Origin: a virus | Length of the DNA: 64,000 nucleotides | Virus record (IMG/VR): IMGVR_UViG_3300027396_000022 | Coordinates: 1 to 64,000 of that record | Strand: one strand, 5' to 3' | Part shown: piece by piece, positions 57,183 through 64,000 of the stretch | Numbering within the stretch: the first letter of the stretch is position 1 | Layout of the letters: every line of letters starts with the position of its first letter | Made by a program: the position numbers and the translations under genes | Notes under the pieces: model-generated | What the model was told of the DNA's origin: nothing | Seen by the model: only the letters and a program-made list of their open reading frames with translations | Database searches by the model: none

Positions 57183-58667
57183 ATGTACACCGGTTTCAAC
57201 GCATACGACCGGCTTCTGACGCGCAAAGCCACGCAGGTGCAAGACCCCAATAACGCTTGGGCTGCACAGGAACCACATTGGATCTTGATTGAAGATCTGA
57301 TGGAAGGCACCTTCGGGATGCGCCGCAAGCATCGGCGTTACCTTCCGCAAGAACCACGCGAGCAAGACGAAAGTTACGACAACCGCCTAGCCCGTAGCGT
57401 TTGCCCGCCGTATTACCAGCGGCTTGAGCGGATGCTGGCCGGCATGTTGACCCGCAAGCCTGTACGCCTTGACGACGTACCTGATCTGATCCGCGAACAA
57501 CTGTTTGATGTAGACCTGCAAGGCAATGATCTAAACATTTTCGTTTACGAATTAGCCCGCAAGATTGTGCGTTACGGCCACGCTGGCGTGTTGGTTGATT
57601 TCCCGAGCCAAACAGACGATGAAATCCAAAACATCACGGATATTGCATCGTTGCGTCCCTACTGGTGTACTTATGTGCCACGCGACATTTTGGGTTGGCG
57701 CTCTGAACTGGTCAACGGCGCACAGAAGCTAACCATGCTGCGCTTGCGTGAGTTAATCGTTGTTCCCGACGGCGATTTTGGTGAGAAATACTTAGAGCAG
57801 ATCCGCGTACTTAAACCCGGCTCTTACGAACTGCACCGGCAATCGGATACCAAAGGTCAATACGAAATGGTGGCAGAAGGCACCACCAGCCTTGATTACA
57901 TTCCTTTTTCCGTTGCCTATTCCAACCGTGTTGGGCTGCTTGAATCGCGCCCGCCGCTGGAAGATATTGCCGAGCTGAACCTAAAGACTTACCAAATCCA
58001 GAGTGATCTGGACAACATGCTGCATATCAGCGGCGTGCCAATGCTTGCCTTCTACGGCTTCCCATCATCTGCCGAGGAAGTATCTGCCGGCCCTGGTGAA
58101 GCCATTGCCTTTCCTGCTGAAGGCCGTGCTGAGTACATCGAACCGGAAGGCAAGAGCTACGAAGCGCAGTTCCGCCGTCTTGAACAGCTTGCCGGACAAA
58201 TCAATGAACTTGGCCTGTCTGCTGTCCTAGGTCAAAAGCTCAGTGCTGAAACTGCCGAAGCCAAGCGGATCGACCGCAGCCAAGGCGACAGCACCATGAT
58301 GGTGATCGCACAGCAAGTGCAAGACCTGATTGATAACTGCCTGCGGTATCACGCTGATTACCTTGGTCAACAGCAATCAGGCAGCAGCTATGTCAATCGG
58401 GATTTTGTGGGCGCACGCCTTGAACCCGCCGAAATCCTTGCACTGTTGCAGCTCTACACCGCAGGCACCATCACACAGAAAACACTGTTGGATCAACTGG
58501 CGCAAGGTGAAGTGCTGGGTGATGACTTTGACGTAGAAGAGGAACTGGAGGGCACTCAATCGGGTGGCTTGATTGAGCTTGGTGGCCCTGAAAACCTTGG
58601 CGCTGAAGATGTAACTAGCGAAGAAATGATGGCTGAAAATAACGATGACGCTATTGCTGAACAATGA
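57183..58667 (+). CDS. Portal protein, DUF4055-like
   Basis: YLPQE..E....Y..RL, PPL.DIA.LN...YQ..SD, AETA. Confidence 0.9.
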   Translation: MYTGFNAYDRLLTRKATQVQDPNNAWAAQEPHWILIEDLMEGTFGMRRKHRRYLPQEPREQDESYDNRLARSVCPPYYQRLERMLAGMLTRKPVRLDDVPDLIREQLFDVDLQGNDLNIFVYELARKIVRYGHAGVLVDFPSQTDDEIQNITDIASLRPYWCTYVPRDILGWRSELVNGAQKLTMLRLRELIVVPDGDFGEKYLEQIRVLKPGSYELHRQSDTKGQYEMVAEGTTSLDYIPFSVAYSNRVGLLESRPPLEDIAELNLKTYQIQSDLDNMLHISGVPMLAFYGFPSSAEEVSAGPGEAIAFPAEGRAEYIEPEGKSYEAQFRRLEQLAGQINELGLSAVLGQKLSAETAEAKRIDRSQGDSTMMVIAQQVQDLIDNCLRYHADYLGQQQSGSSYVNRDFVGARLEPAEILALLQLYTAGTITQKTLLDQLAQGEVLGDDFDVEEELEGTQSGGLIELGGPENLGAEDVTSEEMMAENNDDAIAEQ

Positions 58668-59974
58668 CGCAATCAGGCGTAACACCTCGCCTGCTCAACG
58701 TTGAGCAATTCAAGCGGCGGATCAACCGCAAAGATCCTGTTGCCAACATCTACCGCAACGCCATTGATCTAAACCGTTTCAGTAACGCTGTCGCCGGTCA
58801 GATTGTTCGTGATTACAACAGCATCATCTTGAGTGCCGTTGACGATCTAAAACGTATTGACCTTGGCGTACCCACGGCAGGCGGTGGCATCGTCAGCCCA
58901 GCATCAGTTCAGGCGCAACGGCTTCGTGTCCTATTGGCTCAACTGAGGGAATCGCTGGATAGTTGGGCAGAACGAAGCACGGCATACGCAGCCACTGAAC
59001 TGCAGGGTCTAGCCGAGCTTCAAACAGAATTTGTCACTGATCAATTGCGGCTTGCTGTCGCTGGCGGTGAGGCTGGCGCTCGTGGCATTGAGCCAAGCGT
59101 TGTTGCTCAGCAGGCAGTCAACACCGTTGAAGTGGCACCAAACTTTGCCGCCACAGTGGCCACTGTTGATCCAACGGATATCAACTTCACGTTGCCTGGT
59201 ACAGGCGGCTTCAACCTTACGGCTGGCCAAGGTGCCGCGATCACGTTGCCGAATGGGCAGGTTATTGAGAAGACATTTCGCGGTTTAGCCGAATCGCAGG
59301 CGCAGCGTTTCAACACCACAATTAGAACAGGCATTCTTGCTGGCGAGCCAACACCACAGATTGCACGGCGTTTGATCGGTAACCTTGATTTCGGGCAACT
59401 GGCCAAGACCGCAAAACAGCAAGCCTTAGCCGGTGGCGAGCTGATCAAGATGGCTGACCATCAGGTATTGACCGTTGTGCGTACAAGTGTGCAGCAGGTG
59501 GCCAACACAGCCAGTCAAAATGTCTATCAAGCCAATCAAGACGTAACTAAGAAATACCGTTACGTTGCCACGCTGGATAGCCGCACCTCAGCAATTTGCC
59601 GCAGTCTTGACGGGAAGGAATACGTCTACGGCAAGGGACCACAACCGCCTGTTCATTTCAACTGCAGGTCAACAACCATCCCAATCGTTGATTACCGCGC
59701 CCTTGGTCTGCGTCCGCCAGAGGAAGTAATCGGTGAAGGCAAGCGTGCTGCAGAAGGTGGTCAAGTTTCAGCCAGTACAAACTACGGTCAGTGGCTACAG
59801 AAGCAACCAAAGGCATATCAGGAAGAGGTGCTCGGCAAATCACGCGCCGCCTACTTTGACCGTCTTAGCCAGAAGTTTGGCCCGCAACAGGCATTAAGCC
59901 GGATGGTGCGTGAAGACGGATCTGAAGTGCCACTTAAAGTGTTGCAAGAACGCTACGGTTCAAACAATGGCTAA
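58664..59974 (+). CDS. Head morphogenesis protein (SPP1 gp7 / Mu gpF family)
   Basis: YVATLDSRTS.IC..LDG, PP.HFNCRST. Confidence 0.9.
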   Translation: MTQSGVTPRLLNVEQFKRRINRKDPVANIYRNAIDLNRFSNAVAGQIVRDYNSIILSAVDDLKRIDLGVPTAGGGIVSPASVQAQRLRVLLAQLRESLDSWAERSTAYAATELQGLAELQTEFVTDQLRLAVAGGEAGARGIEPSVVAQQAVNTVEVAPNFAATVATVDPTDINFTLPGTGGFNLTAGQGAAITLPNGQVIEKTFRGLAESQAQRFNTTIRTGILAGEPTPQIARRLIGNLDFGQLAKTAKQQALAGGELIKMADHQVLTVVRTSVQQVANTASQNVYQANQDVTKKYRYVATLDSRTSAICRSLDGKEYVYGKGPQPPVHFNCRSTTIPIVDYRALGLRPPEEVIGEGKRAAEGGQVSASTNYGQWLQKQPKAYQEEVLGKSRAAYFDRLSQKFGPQQALSRMVREDGSEVPLKVLQERYGSNNG

Positions 59975-60152
59975 AAAGCCGACCAAGGCCGAAAAGAAGA
60001 TTGGCAAGGTAATGAAGGAATACAAGGAAGGCACGCTGCACAGCGGCAAGCCAGGAAAAGGCAAAGGCCCAACTGTTAAAAGTCGCAAACAGGCAATCGC
60101 CATTGCACTGAGCGAAGCCGGCAAGGCACGCAAACCCAAGGGTAAAAAGTGA
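59967..60152 (+). CDS. DUF6496-like basic protein
   Basis: KIGKVMKEYKEGTLHSGK...KQAIAIALSEA. Confidence 0.8.
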   Translation: MAKKPTKAEKKIGKVMKEYKEGTLHSGKPGKGKGPTVKSRKQAIAIALSEAGKARKPKGKK

Positions 60153-60382
60153 TGGCTATCGGTATCGGTTCCCGCGTTAGCTGGACTTATCAAGGCACCA
60201 CCACCTATGGCGTAGTCACCGGCAAGGCTGGGCGTCGCGCCAGTATCACCGGTCCATCCGGCGGCACTGTCACTCGTGTTGGCACTGACGATGACCCGGT
60301 ATTGCGGATTGAATCAGAATCAACCGGTAATCCTGTTTTGAAAAAGCGGTCAGAATTAAAAGAAGCGCCGAAGCGTAAATGA
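60152..60382 (+). CDS. DUF2945 / Tudor-like small protein
   Basis: GSRVSW......YG.V...DDP...I.S..TG..VLK..S.L. Confidence 0.6.
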   Translation: MAIGIGSRVSWTYQGTTTYGVVTGKAGRRASITGPSGGTVTRVGTDDDPVLRIESESTGNPVLKKRSELKEAPKRK

Positions 60383-60576
60383 AAGGCAAGATCTGGCAGG
60401 GCGGTTGCACTTACCTCAAGTGCTCGGATGGCATGATTGAGGGCCGTTTTGTCTTTCCTTGCCCAAATAGCCCTGAGGTGCTTGGCGCCTTAATGGGAAG
60501 ACTGGCTGAGGGCGTAGAAGTCATCACCTGTACCGAGGATGATGATGAAGACGACAACGAGGATGACGATGATTGA
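60379..60576 (+). CDS. Small protein with acidic tail
   Basis: Overlapping operon ORF. Confidence 0.55.
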   Translation: MKGKIWQGGCTYLKCSDGMIEGRFVFPCPNSPEVLGALMGRLAEGVEVITCTEDDDEDDNEDDDD

Positions 60577-60844
60577 GTATCGCGGCGAAAAGTTTGACGG
60601 CTACAACAAGCCCAAACGCACGCCTGACCATCCAACCAAGTCGCACGCTGTCTTGGCCAAGGAAGGCGACAAGGTAAAGCTGATTAGGTTCGGTCAGCAG
60701 GGCGTATCAGGCTCACCACCACGAAAATCAGAATCGGAATCAGACAAAATACGAAGGGCATCATTTAAGGCCAGGCACGCCAAGAACATCGCCAAAGGCA
60801 AGATGTCTGCCGCATTCTGGGCTGACCGCAGTAAATGGAGCTAA
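60569..60844 (+). CDS. Basic phage protein
   Basis: GYNKPKRTP.HP.KSH.VLAK....KLIRFGQQG...SFKARH. Confidence 0.75.
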   Translation: MIEYRGEKFDGYNKPKRTPDHPTKSHAVLAKEGDKVKLIRFGQQGVSGSPPRKSESESDKIRRASFKARHAKNIAKGKMSAAFWADRSKWS

Positions 60845-61035
60845 CTGTGTTCTTGTTTGTGAATCCAGTCCTTTAGGCCCATCACATACGCCCGCAATGC
60901 CTGCGCATTCCTTGCGTGCCACGGGTCACCCGTCGCCAAATACTCCATCATGTGCAGATCCACTGCCTTCAAACAGTGGTGAATAATTGGGTTCCATGGT
61001 CCGCGTACCGGTGTATCCCACTCGCGCCGTGACAT
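60841..61035 (-). CDS. Small phage protein, homolog of 5499..5726
   Basis: TPVRGPWNPIIHHCLKAVDLH...DPWH. Confidence 0.75.
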   Translation of the reverse strand: MSRREWDTPVRGPWNPIIHHCLKAVDLHMMEYLATGDPWHARNAQALRAYVMGLKDWIHKQEHS

Positions 61036-61092
61036 GACGTGACAAGGTGTAAACCTACCTATACACTCTGATCGTTACCCTACGGGTCATTC

Positions 61093-61788
61093 ATGTCTGA
61101 AGAGCAACTGCAGGAAGCTACGCCGACTGCATCCGGTGATGATCTTGACGCGCTTAAACGCAGCGTTGAGGCCCTAGAACGCAAAAACTTTGAGCTGATT
61201 GGCAAGCTTAAAGAAGCCAAAGAAAAAACGCCCAATTTGCCCGATGGTTTGAACGTTCAAGAACTTGTTGACTTCAAGCGAAAGAAGGAACAGGAAGAGC
61301 TTGAGTCGAAAGGCAAATACGACGAAGCCCTGAAACAATACGCTCAGCAATTTCAAGAGCGTGAAGACGGCTACAAAAAGCGTATTGCCGAGCTTGAATC
61401 ACAATTGACGGTCAATCAGCTTGATAATCGTGTCGTTGCAATTCTTGCTGAACAGGGTGCTCACAACCCACACGATGCGCTGCGCCTAGTGCGTGATCAG
61501 TTAAAGCTTGATGACAGCGGCAATCCCATTGCTGTTGATGGTTACAACGAAATTCCCATGGATCAGTGGGTCGAACGCCTTAAAGCTGAACGTGGCTATC
61601 TGTTCAAGGCCCCTAACGTCAAGGGCTCTGGCGCACCTGTCGGCACAAAGGTCAGCAGCACCGATATCCCGGTCGGTATCAAAAACCCATTCCTGCCCGA
61701 AAACTTCAACCTGACCGAGCAGTCACGCCTGTTCCGCACGGATCGTGATCTGTACGAAAAGTTGAAAACTGCAGCGGCTTCTGCTTAA
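61093..61788 (+). CDS. Capsid scaffolding protein
   Basis: Coiled coil, GSGAP, KNPF....NLTEQ.RL; upstream of MCP. Confidence 0.8.
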   Translation: MSEEQLQEATPTASGDDLDALKRSVEALERKNFELIGKLKEAKEKTPNLPDGLNVQELVDFKRKKEQEELESKGKYDEALKQYAQQFQEREDGYKKRIAELESQLTVNQLDNRVVAILAEQGAHNPHDALRLVRDQLKLDDSGNPIAVDGYNEIPMDQWVERLKAERGYLFKAPNVKGSGAPVGTKVSSTDIPVGIKNPFLPENFNLTEQSRLFRTDRDLYEKLKTAAASA

Positions 61789-61870
61789 GATGTAACCGTT
61801 AAACGCGAATGGTTACGCCGTTCCGTTATTGGGTTACGCCCGCAAACAGCAAATTCCCTGAGGATTCATC

Positions 61871-62893
61871 ATGGCGACTCTTCGCTCTGATGTCATCATC
61901 CCCGAGATTTTTACTCCGTATGTGATCGAGCAATCGACTCTGCGGAATCAGTTTCTTGCCAGCGGCGTTGTGCAGCCCATGGCGGAACTGAATGCAACCG
62001 AGGGTGGTGACTTCGTAAACGTGCCTTTCTGGAAGGCAAACCTGTCTGGCGACCTGGAAGTTCTTACCGATTCCACCAGCCTGACTCCTGGCAAAATCAC
62101 TGCTGACAAGCAAGTTGGCGTGATCCTGCACCGTGGTCGTGCCTTTGAGGCCCGTGACCTTGCTGCTCTGGCCGCAGGTTCTGACCCCATGGCTGCCATC
62201 GGTCAAAAAGTTGGTGAGTACGTTGCCAACCAACAGCAGGCCGACCTGTATAAGTGTCTGGAAGGTGTGTTCGGCAGCCTGACCGGCTCTGACTCCCCTG
62301 CTTTTGATGCTCTGCGTTTTGACACCAGCGGCGCAACTGCTCTTGGTCCCCGCCAGGTGGCTAAGGCTCGCGCAATCCTGGGTGATCAAGGCGACAAGCT
62401 GACCGCTGTGGCCATGCACTCGGCTTGCTACTACGACCTCGTGGAGCGCAAGGCGATTGACTACGTGACCAACACGGAAGCACGCCTGAGCACTGCTGCA
62501 ACTGGCGCCAGCACCATCAACGCTGTTGGCGGTTCTGTGGCTGCTGCCTACGGTGACGTTCGTGTTCCGACCTACATGGGTCTGAATGTGATTGTCTCTG
62601 ACGACATCAGCAACAGTGCCGGCAACTATGCCTGTTATTTCTTCACCTCTGGCGCTATTGCCTCCGGTGAGCAGGCTGCCATGCGTACTGAAACCGACCG
62701 CGATATCCTCGCCAAGTCGGATGCCATGTCGCTGGACATGCACTACATCTACCACCCGGTAGGTGCTAAGTGGGCCGTGACCACCACCAACCCGACCCGC
62801 GCACAGCTGGCCACCGTTGGTAACTGGTCGAAGGTGTACGAAACCAAGAACATTGGAATCGTGCGTGCCACCATCACTTCCAACTTTGATTGA
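61871..62893 (+). CDS. Major capsid protein (phage B)
   Basis: D.I.PE.F..Y, GG..VN.PFW, AGSDPMAAI, ETDRDIL; biased codons. Confidence 0.9.
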   Translation: MATLRSDVIIPEIFTPYVIEQSTLRNQFLASGVVQPMAELNATEGGDFVNVPFWKANLSGDLEVLTDSTSLTPGKITADKQVGVILHRGRAFEARDLAALAAGSDPMAAIGQKVGEYVANQQQADLYKCLEGVFGSLTGSDSPAFDALRFDTSGATALGPRQVAKARAILGDQGDKLTAVAMHSACYYDLVERKAIDYVTNTEARLSTAATGASTINAVGGSVAAAYGDVRVPTYMGLNVIVSDDISNSAGNYACYFFTSGAIASGEQAAMRTETDRDILAKSDAMSLDMHYIYHPVGAKWAVTTTNPTRAQLATVGNWSKVYETKNIGIVRATITSNFD

Positions 62894-62904
62894 GGTAATT
62901 AGTC

Positions 62905-63318
62905 ATGCCTTCCTCAATCTTTGAACTGACTTCTGACCTTGCTGTCCTGAACATCAAGGCTTCCCAGAAGACTGTTACTGCCGCCAGTAACGAAGCAACC
63001 ACCCTCACTGCTGCACAGTGTGTTGAGGGCGTTGTGACCATGACCCCTTCTACCGGTCGTGCTCTGACCACCCCCACGGGCGCTGAACTCAAGACCTTCT
63101 TTGGTGGGCAACTTGAAATCGGCACTAGCTTTGAGCTGACCGTGGTGAATGTGGCTGCCTCCACTCACGCAATCACCTTGACCGCTGCCGCTTCTGGCAT
63201 CACCCTGGGTGGCGTGGCTGGCATGGCCACTGTTGCTGCTGCTACCAGCGCAACTTATACGTTCGTTTGCACCGCAGTGGGCACCCCTGCCTTCACTGTG
63301 TACCGCAAGAACAGCTGA
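62905..63318 (+). CDS. Putative capsid decoration protein
   Basis: Ala/Thr rich, directly after MCP. Confidence 0.55.
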   Translation: MPSSIFELTSDLAVLNIKASQKTVTAASNEATTLTAAQCVEGVVTMTPSTGRALTTPTGAELKTFFGGQLEIGTSFELTVVNVAASTHAITLTAAASGITLGGVAGMATVAAATSATYTFVCTAVGTPAFTVYRKNS

Positions 63319-63524
63319 TGGGTATGCTCGCCTTTCGGCGGCTGCGTGAACAGGAGGCTCTGGCTACGGCTGGGGCCTCTTTTTCTAATGCAGAGCCTAC
63401 GCCTACACTTGAAGTAACAGAAGATCAGCCGCTGTCTACCGATGGCAATAACAATCGACGCAACGGTGGGCGGCGCAAACGCCAACAGCTATCTGACACT
63501 GGTAGCAGCGGAAGCGATCATTGA
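63318..63524 (+). CDS. Small hypothetical protein
   Basis: MGMLAFRRLREQEA; TGATG overlap. Confidence 0.45.
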   Translation: MGMLAFRRLREQEALATAGASFSNAEPTPTLEVTEDQPLSTDGNNNRRNGGRRKRQQLSDTGSSGSDH

Positions 63525-64000
63525 GGGTTTTGTTCAGGATGACGATGTAACCGCCTGGGCATCGGCCACCACTGATCAAAAAAACCGGGCGTTGTTTACT
63601 GCCGCGCAACGCCTTGATCGTGAGCGTTTTCTTGGTGCTCGGGCAACAGATACGCAGGCTTTGCAGTGGCCCCGTACTGGCGTGCGCAAGCCTGATACCT
63701 ATATCAATACTTATGCCGTCGGCTTTCCGTTCCGCATCACCACGGATTATTTCACCGACACCGAAATTCCAACGCAGATCAAATACGCACAATGCGTGCT
63801 GGCAACGTATTTGAACAACAACAAAGATGGGATGGCTCTGAGCGGACTGGAGGATTACAAGTCCGTGTCCATTGGCAGCCTTAGCGTCACCACTGCAGGC
63901 GCTAGCAGCACAGCCACTGGCGTTGATCGCATCCCGCCCATTGTGGAGCGGTATTTAACCGGTCTTAGAATCAGTGGACCGGGCAACATTGCTATTCGCC
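63442..64000 (+). CDS. Head-tail connector (DnaT-like family), runs off window
   Basis: MAITIDATVGGANANSY.T, QALQWPR, IP..IK.AQ..LA. Confidence 0.75.
   Translation, partial: MAITIDATVGGANANSYLTLVAAEAIIEGFVQDDDVTAWASATTDQKNRALFTAAQRLDRERFLGARATDTQALQWPRTGVRKPDTYINTYAVGFPFRITTDYFTDTEIPTQIKYAQCVLATYLNNNKDGMALSGLEDYKSVSIGSLSVTTAGASSTATGVDRIPPIVERYLTGLRISGPGNIAIR

Larger units (their letters stand above)
38958..64000. mobile_element. Phage B: second siphovirus genome segment (left boundary uncertain, 38.9-42 kb)
   Basis: Second TerS/TerL/portal/scaffold/MCP set of different families, plus lysis and early genes; visibly higher GC. Confidence 0.85.

Noticed and set aside
1-64000. CRISPR array, DGR or retron
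   Set aside because: No regularly spaced repeats, reverse transcriptase or TR/VR pair seen

Overview
The window holds two different tailed-phage genomes joined head-to-tail, both with cyanophage-like (Synechococcus siphovirus-like) gene content. Phage A (1 to ~38.9 kb) carries a minimal class I ribonucleotide reductase, tRNA-Leu(UAA), a glutamine-II-type riboswitch ahead of a YRG micropeptide, a reverse-strand TerL and a DUF1073 portal. It also has a 7-gene sugar-modification cluster inside the head module, DUF2213/DUF2184 head genes and a full long-tail module. Phage B (~39-64 kb, visibly more GC-rich) carries a tyrosine recombinase, lysis genes, dCTP deaminase, leftward early/recombination genes, and a second TerS/TerL/portal/scaffold/capsid set. 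The join falls in a rearranged tail-fibre locus with this order: a 47-aa fibre N-terminal stub, a complete replacement fibre gene with a homologous N-terminus, an orphan fibre C-terminus (FNYARAR*), a tyrosine recombinase and the fibre chaperone. This is the best candidate for a new system (recombinase-linked receptor-binding-protein exchange or phage-into-phage integration), but an assembly chimera cannot be excluded. Other highlights are three -1 frameshift signals (two outside the usual tail-chaperone context), several candidate structured RNAs and a repeated promoter motif. Family names come from motif recognition only; no searches were run.
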